Of a stretch of DNA of 64,000 nt, positions 41,964-52,262 are shown piece after piece (within the stretch, counting starts at the first letter, position 1; every line of letters starts with the position of its first letter). The DNA lies in assembly GCA_965219345.1 (NCBI GenBank), contig OZ244732.1, forward strand, positions 1,664,001-1,728,000, given 5' to 3'. Source of the stretch: Nitrosopumilus sp. Lineage in GTDB: Archaea; Thermoproteota; Nitrososphaeria; Nitrososphaerales; Nitrosopumilaceae. The notes under the pieces were generated by a model that had not been told where the DNA came from, searched no databases, and saw only the letters and a program-made list of their open reading frames with translations. Position numbers and translations under genes: made by a program.

Positions 41964-43265
41964 TTATTGAAATGGGTCAATAAATGGACAGTTAACAATG
42001 TGGTCACTATCCATTGGACGTGCAATACCAATACCGATCAAGCCAGCTTCTCTGTATGCGTTCATGTCATCTATGGTTTCTAATAATTGTGCTTCATCAG
42101 GATTATCCCATCCTATCATGAAGATTCTCCACATTGGAGAATAGTTAACATCACCAGGAGCTCCTGCAGCTATTCCTGCTTGGAATCCTAATGGACCAGA
42201 ACCAATCAGACCATTTTTGAACTGAAACAAGTCTACTGCTGCTGAATTTGTAATCAAGCTTGCAGATGTTGGTGCACTTACAACACCCATCATTCCTGCA
42301 GGGCCACTTGGAGTAGCATCTGTTACAATGTAATAGATAGTTCTACCATCTGGACCCCATCCACGATGAGCAATGAAAGTTACAGTCATCTCGTCTGTGT
42401 CGATATCAAGAACTTGACCACCACCATATGGTGTTTCATCAGTCAAAGTTTTATCTTCTTTAACCATCATCTGACCTTCAGGCCAAATAATTTGTGGCAT
42501 ATTCAAAACTACATCAAGTTCAGTTAATGTAATTTCTCCGTTGTTAGCTGCTTCCATAATCATTGCGTCTGAATCAAGCACTCTTGATGTTGCACTATCA
42601 TTCCATGTTACGTGAACATGTGAGGTCAATGCACTGTACGTATCTGCTTGTGCAGGAGTACTTGTAAAGACTTCACCTTGGTATCCATGAACACCATCGC
42701 CTTCAATGCCGTTGGTAAACATGTATGTTTTTGAAAGTGCTTCAACAGGAGCATTTGCCAATAAAGGAGCAAGTTCTACTTGCCATCCTTGATTCTCTGT
42801 AATAATTTCTGCATGAGTAGGATCACTAGAATCAGTGATGATGAAATAAACATCTCCACCGTTATAATGTCCTTGATGCAACGGAATATCTGTTGGAACG
42901 TTTGCTCTTGATAATCTAAGTACAGATCCCAAGTCTGCTTCAGTTATTTCTTCCATCATGGTTTCTTCTTCCATAGTCTCTTCCATCATGGTTTCTTCTT
43001 CCATAGTCTCTTCCATCATGGTTTCTTCTTCCATAACTGGTGCTACAGGGGTTGTTTGTCCTCGCTGTTCTTCCCATGCAGCTTTGCCGCCTGGAATTTC
43101 AGAACATAACTGCAATCCACAGACTTTAGTTCGTGAATCAAACTTTGGATTCGAAACGCCTTGACTTTTGTAAGCTTCAGCATCTGTAAAATAATCAGTT
43201 GTCAATCCTGCAGTAAACAAGGGAATGATTGCAAGAAATGCAATATATCTTAGACTCTTATTCAT
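41964..43265 (-). CDS. Secreted protein with Met/Glu-rich linker and duplicated YYI.TD.S/YSP domain (DUF7482-like)
   Basis: Signal peptide, VCGLQLCSE motif, MEEETMMEET repeats, two related domains ending in VLNMP and IVNCP. Confidence 0.8.
   Translation of the reverse strand: MNKSLRYIAFLAIIPLFTAGLTTDYFTDAEAYKSQGVSNPKFDSRTKVCGLQLCSEIPGGKAAWEEQRGQTTPVAPVMEEETMMEETMEEETMMEETMEEETMMEEITEADLGSVLRLSRANVPTDIPLHQGHYNGGDVYFIITDSSDPTHAEIITENQGWQVELAPLLANAPVEALSKTYMFTNGIEGDGVHGYQGEVFTSTPAQADTYSALTSHVHVTWNDSATSRVLDSDAMIMEAANNGEITLTELDVVLNMPQIIWPEGQMMVKEDKTLTDETPYGGGQVLDIDTDEMTVTFIAHRGWGPDGRTIYYIVTDATPSGPAGMMGVVSAPTSASLITNSAAVDLFQFKNGLIGSGPLGFQAGIAAGAPGDVNYSPMWRIFMIGWDNPDEAQLLETIDDMNAYREAGLIGIGIARPMDSDHIVNCPFIDPFQ
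42949..43035 (-). repeat. About three 30-bp tandem repeats encoding MEEETMMEET
   Basis: TCTTCCATCATGGTTTCTTCTTCCATAGTC unit on + strand. Confidence 0.9.
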
Positions 43266-43316
43266 TAAATGAAAAATACGATTTTTCTTTAAAAGAATTT
43301 GTCCAAATTAAACAAT

Positions 43317-43940
43317 TTATGCAGAAATCTCTGAGAAACGATTTCCCACATAATCCCAGTTGACAACATTCCACCAGGCATCAATATAATCAGGTCTTTT
43401 GTTTTGGTATTTTAGATAGTATGCATGCTCCCAAACATCCAATCCCAACAAAGGTATTTTTTGAATGGTCCAAGGACTATCCTGATTTGGGGTTGTAATG
43501 ATTTCAATTTTATTAAAAGTTTGATTGAAAACCAACCAACACCAACCACTTCCTTGAATTGCAGTTGCTTTTTCTGAAAAAACTTTCTTAAAATTCTCAA
43601 AGTTATTAAAATAAACATCAATTGAATCTTCCAGTTTTCCACCAGGTTTACTATCATTTTTTGGAGTCATTGTTTCCCAAAATAGTCTATGATTCTCAAA
43701 ACCTCCACCAAAAAAATTGATTGCACTTCGTCCTGATTCAGGGATTGATTTTAAATCGGAGAGAACAGATGAGATATACTGAGGATGTAACGCACTTCCA
43801 ACTTGTTCAAGGGACTTGTTAAGCCCATCAACATATGTTTGATGATGTTTTTGATGATGAATCTTCATCGTTTCTGTATCAATAAATGGTTCTAGTTCAT
43901 TATAGCCATAAGGCAATTTTGGAAGTTGATAATTGACCAT
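43317..43940 (-). CDS. sod: Fe/Mn superoxide dismutase
   Basis: LPKLPY, HHQKHH, NH..FW, GSGW.WL, DVWEHAYY motifs. Confidence 0.95.
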   Translation of the reverse strand: MVNYQLPKLPYGYNELEPFIDTETMKIHHQKHHQTYVDGLNKSLEQVGSALHPQYISSVLSDLKSIPESGRSAINFFGGGFENHRLFWETMTPKNDSKPGGKLEDSIDVYFNNFENFKKVFSEKATAIQGSGWCWLVFNQTFNKIEIITTPNQDSPWTIQKIPLLGLDVWEHAYYLKYQNKRPDYIDAWWNVVNWDYVGNRFSEISA

Positions 43941-44061
43941 AAATCTAACTATTGGAATCCACATATATTCTTCAAGAACAAAAGCCAAATCAAGTATTTA
44001 TTGAAAAAACATTTTTGACAATCATGAAAAAGCTGATAAATCCTAGAGGATAACACAGATC

Positions 44062-44676
44062 ATGAGAAAACTAGGTACTGTTGATTTAGAAGTTTTGAAC
44101 TTGGCAATTGAAAAGAATGGTACGTTTAATGAAAATAGTCTAGAGAATTCAGAGTTGAAGAGACTAGGAGTTGGAAGAATTCTCGATGCCCTTGCCTCAC
44201 TTAAAGACAGAAAACTGGTATCGTTGAATAGTGATGGTTCTTTTTCGATTACAGATCTTGCCAGAGAGATTCTTTGGAGCAATAATGTTCCAACATGGGC
44301 AAAAATATTACGTCTTCTTCAGATAAAGTCTTGCACCATAGAACAGATTGCAGTCATTCTTAGAACATCGGAAGATAAACTAACCAAAGATTTAGAGAAA
44401 TTAAGAAAAAATCAGTTTGTTCTAATGTCACCACAGAGACTAGAAGGCAAACTTGTCAAAGTTTACGAGATATTGCCTGAAGGAGTAGAGAAGATTGACA
44501 AAACAGAGGTGGATGGATTTGACAAGACCAATTTTGATGAACCCAAACAAAAAGTAGAGATTCTCAGTTTAGTTGATGAGATTGTAAAGGAGATTCAAAA
44601 CTTTCAGATGGATCAGTCAAAAAAAGATAGTATTACTGAAAAATTATCTAAATTAAAAGACAGGCTAAAGATTTAG
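44062..44676 (+). CDS. Tandem winged-helix protein
   Basis: Two HTH-like segments each followed by a wing motif (IT..A, IL.EG). Confidence 0.7.
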   Translation: MRKLGTVDLEVLNLAIEKNGTFNENSLENSELKRLGVGRILDALASLKDRKLVSLNSDGSFSITDLAREILWSNNVPTWAKILRLLQIKSCTIEQIAVILRTSEDKLTKDLEKLRKNQFVLMSPQRLEGKLVKVYEILPEGVEKIDKTEVDGFDKTNFDEPKQKVEILSLVDEIVKEIQNFQMDQSKKDSITEKLSKLKDRLKI

Positions 44677-46401
44677 TTATTTTGCTCGAATCTTGTCTTG
44701 TATTTGAGCTAAGATTAGCTCTGCCTTGTTCTTATTTTCAAAGTTGTCAACAGATTCATCCATAATTGTATCAATCTCAAAGCTCTTATCTACCAAGATA
44801 TCGGCAACATGATCATCGAGAGTTCCATTCCCGATCAAGTAGTATGCAAAGACAGTATTTTTCTGACCTATTCTGTGTAATCTATCTTCTGCTTGTCGAT
44901 GTATTGCAGGACTCCAATCAAGTTCTGCAAAGATAACATATTTTGCTCTTGTCAAGTTGATTCCAATATTTCCTGCACGAAGACCGGCAATCATTAGTTT
45001 TGATTCTCCTTTTTGGAATTTATCAATCTGATCTTGTCTAAATGAATCTGTTTGTCCACCAATTATAGAAACAGGGGAAAACTCCTGGAGACTTTCATGA
45101 AGTAGTTTATGAATTACCTTATGATGACAAAACACTACAACACTTTCTTCAATCTCCATAATATTTTTAACAAAATTAATTACATGAGGAAGCTTTGCAA
45201 CGCCTGCAATTTGTCTCTCGCTTTGAATTGCTCGTTGATAAGATGCAGATTTTGAGAATACAGTTTCTGCATCTTTTTGCTCTTCTTCAAGCTTCTTCCA
45301 AATTTTGTCAAGTTCTTCAAGATAGTAATCAGTATCAGATGCAATAACTTCTTTGTAACGAACCTTGTCTTTGAGTTCTTTTAATACATCAGATTTTTTT
45401 CTTCTAAGCATTACATGTTTTTGTAATTCATGTCTAAGCGAGGCTCGTTTGTTTTCTAAAACAATGGCTTTTCCCTTTTCATTTACATAACAAAAGTACT
45501 CACAAAATTCCTTAAAGTTACCAAGCAGTCCTGGCTTTAAGATGTCAATAATTGGCCATATTTCTGAACCACGATTGTAAATCGGAGTACCAGAAAGACC
45601 GATTCTGTACAATACTGATGGAAGTGCTGCAAGTTTTTTGACTGCCTTGTATTTCTGAGTAGTTTTTGACCTTAGATTCTGTACCTCATCACAAACTATT
45701 GTTCTTATTCCAAGTTTTGATAAATCAGAATTTCTCTTGAAAAGCAATTCATAGTTAATTACATAAATATCAGACTTTGGAAGTTGTTTAGATTTTCCAG
45801 TTCGAATAAGTGTAACGCTAGGTGATTCTGATTCTAATATTCGTCCATTTCCACTTTTTTTCTTTAGAAACTTTCCAATCTCTCTCTCCCAGTTAGTTAA
45901 TGTAACTAATGGTGCAACAACAAGTACAGGAAATGTTTGCTTTTCAGTAGCCACATAAGATAATGTCTCGACAGTTTTCCCAAGACCCATCTCATCAGCT
46001 AGTAACGCATTGCCAGAAGATTTTAGTAAAAAGTCTAGTCCTTCTTTTTGGAAATTCAAAAGCTTTCCTCGGAATTGTTTGCCAGCTTTTGCACGTTTTA
46101 GCTTATGTTTAATTGGAGGTAAAACAGGTTTTGGCGCATAAGTCTTAACAATTTTTCTTTGCCATACATATTTTGATAAAATTTCAAGAGGATATCTATC
46201 CATTATTAGTTTGATTTGTTTAATGTTTTCAGTGCTGTCAGGGACGATTACTTCGTTTACATTTTCACCATACCAAGATTCAGAAATTAGCCGTGAGATC
46301 ATACTTACTGCACGATCACCAGAAATTTTCCAACTCCAGATTTTGGAGTACTTGTCAAGAACGTATTCCAATGTACCAATTGTTTCGAGGGATGTTTCCA
46401 T
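44677..46401 (-). CDS. SNF2-family helicase/ATPase (SMARCAL1/HARP-like)
   Basis: LADEMGLGKT, DEVQ, LSGTP, LRR.K, QAEDRLHRIGQ motifs. Confidence 0.93.
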   Translation of the reverse strand: METSLETIGTLEYVLDKYSKIWSWKISGDRAVSMISRLISESWYGENVNEVIVPDSTENIKQIKLIMDRYPLEILSKYVWQRKIVKTYAPKPVLPPIKHKLKRAKAGKQFRGKLLNFQKEGLDFLLKSSGNALLADEMGLGKTVETLSYVATEKQTFPVLVVAPLVTLTNWEREIGKFLKKKSGNGRILESESPSVTLIRTGKSKQLPKSDIYVINYELLFKRNSDLSKLGIRTIVCDEVQNLRSKTTQKYKAVKKLAALPSVLYRIGLSGTPIYNRGSEIWPIIDILKPGLLGNFKEFCEYFCYVNEKGKAIVLENKRASLRHELQKHVMLRRKKSDVLKELKDKVRYKEVIASDTDYYLEELDKIWKKLEEEQKDAETVFSKSASYQRAIQSERQIAGVAKLPHVINFVKNIMEIEESVVVFCHHKVIHKLLHESLQEFSPVSIIGGQTDSFRQDQIDKFQKGESKLMIAGLRAGNIGINLTRAKYVIFAELDWSPAIHRQAEDRLHRIGQKNTVFAYYLIGNGTLDDHVADILVDKSFEIDTIMDESVDNFENKNKAELILAQIQDKIRAK

Positions 46402-46604
46402 AATTTGTCGATGTGTTATTTTTTTGCCTTATGAATCTTTCAGGTCATTTTAAATCATTAAAAAATAAATTAAATCTTCACAAGAGTTAAAATATGATAT
46501 GGTTCTATAATATAGGAAAAAATCCCGATGAAGAACGTAGGCTCAAATGATATCAATTCACTATACAAAATAACAAATAACGAATCAATAATGTCACTTT
46601 AGGC

Positions 46605-47027
46605 ATGACAGAACACGGTTTTATGTGGATTTATTTGATATTTTTTCTGATTCCACTGGCAAGAATAATTCCTCGTCTAGTGAGAAAATGGCAAAAAAAA
46701 GATGGAGCTTCATTTACTGAAAACCAGTTTAGTCGAGATAATCCAAGAATGGAACTAAAACAAGAATCATTTGAAACGCCACAAAAGCAAGAATCATCCC
46801 AAAGACCACAAAACATAGAGACGCAAGTTCTAGGAGAGCTAAACAAAGGTACCAAAGATTTCAATAATATTCAAAAAAATCTAGATATTGATAATCAAAA
46901 ATTAGAAAAGATTTTGAAGGATTTAGAGGAACAGGGGTTAATGAAAGTAATCAAGAAAAAAGGATTTACGGGAATTAAAGTTGAACTGTATCCAACAGAT
47001 AAGGGCTTTAAAAAATATTATACATAA
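46605..47027 (+). CDS. Membrane-anchored winged-helix hypothetical protein
   Basis: N-terminal TM helix; LEKILKDLEEQGL...TDKG. Confidence 0.7.
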   Translation: MTEHGFMWIYLIFFLIPLARIIPRLVRKWQKKDGASFTENQFSRDNPRMELKQESFETPQKQESSQRPQNIETQVLGELNKGTKDFNNIQKNLDIDNQKLEKILKDLEEQGLMKVIKKKGFTGIKVELYPTDKGFKKYYT

Positions 47028-47093
47028 AAAGAATTTCTTTGGATTTTTTTAATCTCAGTATAGGTTTAAAATTCATTACATTTCAGAAAAATT

Positions 47094-47774
47094 ATGGAAT
47101 TCACACAAGATGAAGAACCGAATGTGGAAAAACCGATTGTGATTGCAGCAATGCAAGATATGGGAAATGTTGGGAGTATTGTAGTAAATTTTATCAACGA
47201 TTCTTTAAGAACAGAATTATTCAGAATTGCAAAGACACCACATCCGTCATATGTAGTTGACAGAGGAGGATACATTGATCTTCCAAATGAGAGTTGGGAA
47301 TACAAGTATACAGACGACTTGATAATATTTGGTGGAGGCAAAGGACAACCTCAAGGAAATAGTGAGATAAACGCTTTGTGTCAGGATGTAATTGATGTTG
47401 CAAAAAAATATTCTGCGAAGTTCATCTATACGCTTGGAGGTTTTCACACCAACAGAGTTTTAGACAACAGTCCTAAGACATACATTACAACAACATCCAT
47501 AGAACTAACAAAACAGATGGAAGGACTCAATGTAGAGACAACCCCTCAAAAATCAATAATTACAGGATTCAATGGATTGATTCTAGGGTTTGCAAAAAAA
47601 AATGGGATTCACGGGATAGGCATGTATGGAGAACTAAATGAGCCAGATATTCCACAATATAGAGCGGCAATTAGTATCATCAAAACCCTTGAAAAGTTAA
47701 CCTACAGAAAGTTGGGAGACACAAGTCAGTTAGAAGCTATGGCACAAGAGATTGAAAGAAAATTCAAGAATTAA
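47094..47774 (+). CDS. PAC2 (proteasome assembly chaperone) family protein
   Basis: DMGNVG, IYTLGGF, ITGFNGLILG motifs. Confidence 0.88.
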   Translation: MEFTQDEEPNVEKPIVIAAMQDMGNVGSIVVNFINDSLRTELFRIAKTPHPSYVVDRGGYIDLPNESWEYKYTDDLIIFGGGKGQPQGNSEINALCQDVIDVAKKYSAKFIYTLGGFHTNRVLDNSPKTYITTTSIELTKQMEGLNVETTPQKSIITGFNGLILGFAKKNGIHGIGMYGELNEPDIPQYRAAISIIKTLEKLTYRKLGDTSQLEAMAQEIERKFKN

Positions 47775-47776
47775 GA

Positions 47777-47911
47777 TCAGTGAGATTTTCCAGTTTGGTG
47801 AGGTTCAGTGTTTTCATCATGACAATCACAGGCACATAGATGTGTTTTATGGTTATTCATGCAATCAATACATTCAAAATGTTTTCTTGTCTCACATGCA
47901 GCACAAATCAT
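47777..47911 (-). CDS. Cys/His-rich microprotein, 44 aa (not in ORF track)
   Basis: MICAACETRKHFECIDCMNNHKTHLCACDCHDENTEPHQTGKSH. Confidence 0.6.
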   Translation of the reverse strand: MICAACETRKHFECIDCMNNHKTHLCACDCHDENTEPHQTGKSH

Positions 47912-48056
47912 CTTACTAATAGATGAAAGTAGAAGAATTTGAATTTTTTCTTATTTAAAAAATAAAACTCTACCCAAAAATAAGGAAATTCAAAGCTCAT
48001 GAACGATTGATAAATTCTACGTGCGCCTTATATTCAAAACCACATAATATTATTTC

Positions 48057-48224
48057 ATGAAGATAGACATTCCATTATCCTGTCCATCTTGTGGCGGAAA
48101 AATGTATTCTATTAGTTATGATTCGGCATTTTCATTTCTAAAGAAAAGAAGTTGGCATTTATGCAAAGAATGTAATTTTGAAAGAAATTCTGAAGTTTTT
48201 AAAAAATCCATCTGCTGTGCATAA
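48057..48224 (+). CDS. CPxCG zinc-ribbon microprotein, 55 aa (not in ORF track)
   Basis: MKIDIPLSCPSCGGKM...LCKECNFER...ICCA. Confidence 0.7.
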   Translation: MKIDIPLSCPSCGGKMYSISYDSAFSFLKKRSWHLCKECNFERNSEVFKKSICCA

Positions 48225-48280
48225 CAGCATTTTTTATTTTTCTAAACAATTTTTAAGCCATTTTAGGCATTAAAAATGAA

Positions 48281-48616
48281 TTGAAGGTATACCACAAGTC
48301 TACATGCATCACATGTAAAAAAGCAATTACAGAAATGGAGAGAATGAACGCAGATATTGAGAAGCGTGATTTTTTCAAAGACCCACTTTCAGATACAGAA
48401 CTAAAAAAGATCATCAAAATGACAGGAAAAAAGCCATTAGAACTCCTCAGAAAGAGAGACAAAATGTACAAAGAACTAGATTTGGGGAATAACAAAAAGA
48501 CGGATGAACATCTAATCAAATTAATGGTTAAGTATCCAGGACTAATCTTACGTCCTATTGTGATTGTAAAAAACAAGGCGTTTGTTGGAAAGATTGATGT
48601 AAAGAGCCTGAAATGA
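48281..48616 (+). CDS. ArsC/Spx family protein
   Basis: YHKSTCITCKKA, P.LILRPIV motifs. Confidence 0.88.
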   Translation: MKVYHKSTCITCKKAITEMERMNADIEKRDFFKDPLSDTELKKIIKMTGKKPLELLRKRDKMYKELDLGNNKKTDEHLIKLMVKYPGLILRPIVIVKNKAFVGKIDVKSLK

Positions 48617-48650
48617 AGAAATTGAAATTATTATAAACTAATTTCAATAT

Positions 48651-49715
48651 TTGAGGTCATTGGGTCTAAAGAGATACGCCGCCACAAGAATGATTACAAT
48701 GTTTGGCGTTTTGATGATTACATTATTGATTACAATTGCCCTTGTTGGTTCCAATATGGATACAATACTAAAACAAGGAATTACCTTTCAGGTAAGAACT
48801 GAGATAACAGAGAACCCTGCAATAGCTGAAAGCTTTTCATCAGTTGGGGAATTTGAAGCCTTTGTTCAGAATCAGATAGACCAGAGGATCAAAGTTTTAG
48901 GGCTAGACGAACCGTGGTATTCTCCTCAAAGAATAGGCCTTACAATGTACAAGATAATGCTGCTTGATTTTGGACATGCAACATTTCTAATTAGTGACGC
49001 AGGTTCTTCCGATGTAAAGGACATCATTTTTGAAAAACTTCCAAGAACAATTCTTCTTTTTACAACAGCTACAATAATCATCTCAGTCATAGGAATATTT
49101 CTTGGAGCACTATCTAGCAATAAGGTGGGCTCTCTTATTGATAGAGTTACATCAAGTTTTGCAATAATTAGTTCTAGTTTTCCTGTATGGTGGATAGGAA
49201 TGTTAATGATATTCCTGTTTGCATTTACTTGGCAGATATTTCCAGCTAGGGCAACTCCAGATATCCCATCATCAGATCCAGGATACATTGGGGCACTGTT
49301 GTATCACATGACATTGCCGTTAATTACAATTGTAATGATTGGTTTTGGCTCATGGGCTTACTTGGTAAGAAATTTCATGGTTGGAATCATGCAAGAAGAC
49401 TTCATCATGGCAAAAAAGACCATTGGGATCAAGCAAAATAGGATAATCTATACTCATGCTTTAAAAAATGCAGCCCCCCCGATAATAACAATTTTGGCAC
49501 TTAGTTTATCAGGATCTCTTGGCGGTGCAATTATCACGGAAGCGGTATTTGACTGGCCAGGGATGGGAAGACTGTACTTTGAGGCAATCACAGTAATGGA
49601 CCTTCCAATAATTATTGGTGCAACATACATTCTAACAGTATTCTTCCTTGTCAGCATATTCATTGCAGACTTGCTTTATGGCTATTTTGATCCAAGAGTG
49701 AGGACAGGTCAATGA
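48651..49715 (+). CDS. Peptide/nickel ABC transporter permease (DppB/OppB)
   Basis: LDFG, HMTLP, HALKNA, GAIITEAVF.WPGMG, DPRV motifs. Confidence 0.92.
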   Translation: MRSLGLKRYAATRMITMFGVLMITLLITIALVGSNMDTILKQGITFQVRTEITENPAIAESFSSVGEFEAFVQNQIDQRIKVLGLDEPWYSPQRIGLTMYKIMLLDFGHATFLISDAGSSDVKDIIFEKLPRTILLFTTATIIISVIGIFLGALSSNKVGSLIDRVTSSFAIISSSFPVWWIGMLMIFLFAFTWQIFPARATPDIPSSDPGYIGALLYHMTLPLITIVMIGFGSWAYLVRNFMVGIMQEDFIMAKKTIGIKQNRIIYTHALKNAAPPIITILALSLSGSLGGAIITEAVFDWPGMGRLYFEAITVMDLPIIIGATYILTVFFLVSIFIADLLYGYFDPRVRTGQ

Positions 49716-51079
49716 GTAGCATATCGCCTCAAGAAATAAAACAAGAATTTCTTAAAAGCAGGATGGGCATTGCAGGCATCACAATTCTTGCAATTCTTGT
49801 TGCAACATCAATAATTTCCATTATTGCTATTCCAGTTGAGACTTTTCAAGAATGGAATAACCCCGGTAGTTGGATTTCATATCCAAAAGTTGCAATTCCA
49901 GTTTGGGTAAACCTCATAATAACAGAAAAAATTCCAGAGCATAAAATTTTAGAGACTCCAAACATTCAAACAAATTCAAGAGGAGAAATTTCACTCACAT
50001 CGCATCAGTTTGGAGTGAATTTTGATTATGACGATTTTCCAAATGATTTCATATACGAGTTTTCATCAGAATATTCCGGTTCTCCTTTACTGAAAATGAC
50101 AGTAATTAGACCTGATGGCATTAAACTTGAATTGTTATCAACATCTCTTCCATTCTCAAATTCAAAAACTAGTCACAGTGAGAGAATTTTTTCAACAGAT
50201 GGAGCTATAAAGAAAAACTTGTCATTGCAATCGGAACTATTTGCATTTACATTTGATAGACTATCAGCTGAAGATATTGTTTTTTCCAAAACACAAACAA
50301 ATGAACCTCTAAAAGGGAATTATATTTTTTCAGTAGATGTATATTCAGTAAATTCTGAAGCTCAGATTCCCGAATCAAAATTAATCATTGGAGGTAAAGC
50401 TTTTGGAATAATGGGTACTGATGAGTTAAGACGTGATTTAGCAGTAGGATTGTTGTGGGGAACACCACTTGCATTATTCATTGGCCTTGTTGTTGCAATT
50501 GCATCAGTGATTATGGGATTGCTCTATGGGATCTATGCAGGATTCAAGGGTAAGAAAACTGACGAGACAATGATGAGATTCAATGATGTAATCTATGCAT
50601 TGCCAGCACTTCCGTTTCTCATCATACTTTCAGTGACAATTAGCAATAGCATATTTGTATTGGTGGGATTTTTGATGATTTTTGGTTGGGTAGGAATTGC
50701 AAAAGTGGCAAGAAGTATGTCACTTCAAATCAAGACTCGAGGCTATGTAGATGCTGCAAACATGATGGGTCAAAAAGATTCCAAAATAATTCTCAGGCAT
50801 ATCTTGCCACAACTATTGCCTTATGCATTTGCAAGCATTGCAATATCTGTTCCAGCTGCAATCACCACCGAGGCGGGTCTTAGTTTTCTTGGACTTGGGG
50901 ATCCGTCATTTCCAACATGGGGACAGATCTTACATGACGCTAATATTTTTGGTGCAGCAGCAAGGGGATTATGGTGGTGGATAATGCCGCCAGGAGTAAT
51001 GATTGCGATAACAGGTCTTGCATTTGTCTTTATTGGGAATGCACTTGATGTAATAGTAAATCCAAAGTTAAAACGATAA
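49712..51079 (+). CDS. Peptide/nickel ABC transporter permease (DppC/OppC)
   Basis: GTDELRRD, YVDAA..MG, RHILP, EAGLSFLGLG, WG motifs. Confidence 0.92.
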   Translation: MSSISPQEIKQEFLKSRMGIAGITILAILVATSIISIIAIPVETFQEWNNPGSWISYPKVAIPVWVNLIITEKIPEHKILETPNIQTNSRGEISLTSHQFGVNFDYDDFPNDFIYEFSSEYSGSPLLKMTVIRPDGIKLELLSTSLPFSNSKTSHSERIFSTDGAIKKNLSLQSELFAFTFDRLSAEDIVFSKTQTNEPLKGNYIFSVDVYSVNSEAQIPESKLIIGGKAFGIMGTDELRRDLAVGLLWGTPLALFIGLVVAIASVIMGLLYGIYAGFKGKKTDETMMRFNDVIYALPALPFLIILSVTISNSIFVLVGFLMIFGWVGIAKVARSMSLQIKTRGYVDAANMMGQKDSKIILRHILPQLLPYAFASIAISVPAAITTEAGLSFLGLGDPSFPTWGQILHDANIFGAAARGLWWWIMPPGVMIAITGLAFVFIGNALDVIVNPKLKR

Positions 51080-51084
51080 TAAAA

Positions 51085-51402
51085 CTAGAGGTCAAATTTT
51101 CGAATTAATTCAATAGCACTATCATTCAATTTGATTGAATAACATGATGAATTTTCATCCTTTAATGCAGCCAAATTATTAGCAAATACTTTTTTGCTGT
51201 GACCGTCTTCAGATGCTTTGTCTGATTCATCAAAGCAAATGGACATTTGTTTCATATTTAGATCATTTTTTAGAAGAAAGGCAATGAATTTTTTATAATT
51301 TTCAGTATCAAACCAGTCTATGTTTTTTTCTTTACTTGCTCCAATCCATATCTCAATAGAGTTTTGGTATAGTACTTTTTTTCTTAATTCTTCTAATGCC
51401 AT
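51085..51402 (-). CDS. Hypothetical protein
   Basis: 105-aa ATG ORF. Confidence 0.7.
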   Translation of the reverse strand: MALEELRKKVLYQNSIEIWIGASKEKNIDWFDTENYKKFIAFLLKNDLNMKQMSICFDESDKASEDGHSKKVFANNLAALKDENSSCYSIKLNDSAIELIRKFDL

Positions 51403-51414
51403 TTTCTTTCACAA

Positions 51415-51738
51415 TTAAAAATCAGCACGTTGCATTTTTGATCCACAACGTGGACAAGTACCGCCATTGTGTTTGCTGTTACAAACAAGGCAGACATATC
51501 TAACTTTACTTGAGCCTCTTGATGAACCAAGTCCAAAAAATCCACCACCTCTTGTTTCAGAATCACCGCCATAACCACGCATACGATTCATGTATCGTCT
51601 TCTTAGAATTAATGGAAATGCAATAAAGATTGCCAGTGCAGCAGCTAATCCAATTCCACCGGGAAGGGCATACTGCAACCCAATACTGATAGCAAGGGAT
51701 GCGCCTAGAAAAAGTAAATAGGTTTTGTAATTGAACAA
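51415..51738 (-). CDS. Membrane protein with C-terminal zinc ribbon
   Basis: Two TM helices, YVCLVC...CPRCGS. Confidence 0.75.
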   Translation of the reverse strand: MFNYKTYLLFLGASLAISIGLQYALPGGIGLAAALAIFIAFPLILRRRYMNRMRGYGGDSETRGGGFFGLGSSRGSSKVRYVCLVCNSKHNGGTCPRCGSKMQRADF

Positions 51739-51844
51739 TTCATTAAAAGTATCTTAAAAAAAGGTTATAAAGCTTACACCAAGAAACTGCCAAAGCCACA
51801 ATTCCTCGACAACTCATTAGTTACTGATTTTCCAAGGAGTTTCT

Positions 51845-52262
51845 ATGATGTCTAGAACACGAAACAATCTCAATGTTATCAAAGACGACAAAGACATTCA
51901 CGGGATTGAAAGAGACATAGAAAATGTTCTCAAAGCTCTAGAAAATGACCTGAATGCTGGAAATTGGGCACTAATTAATAGATATTTCAAGGTCCTAAAT
52001 GCTTCGGGACGGTAGAACAGCGATCAGAAAGACGCTAAGAGAGCTACACAAAGTTGATGAAATCATTAATCACGCAAATTTTGAGACAATGACAAAAGAT
52101 GATGTTGATGATTTCCTCTTTGAGGTTGGATGCAGATATCCAGCCAAAAAGAAAGACTGTTCCTATCACAATACTGTCCAAGACTTTTAGATTTTCATGA
52201 GATGGGTTATCTTAGGAGATAGAAGATTCAAGACAGTTGGGAGTCCTGACATTACAAAACAC
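51845..52262 (+). pseudogene. N-terminal remnant of a tyrosine integrase/recombinase, truncated at the MITE
   Basis: DIHGIERDIE..., FETMTKDDVDDF..., DF*IFMRWVILGDRRFKTVGSP resemble thaumarchaeal integrase N-termini; frameshift and in-frame stop; no catalytic domain. Confidence 0.6.

Noticed and set aside
51740-51845. tRNA or att site next to the integrase remnant
   Set aside because: No cloverleaf or repeat matching the island's other end was found by eye
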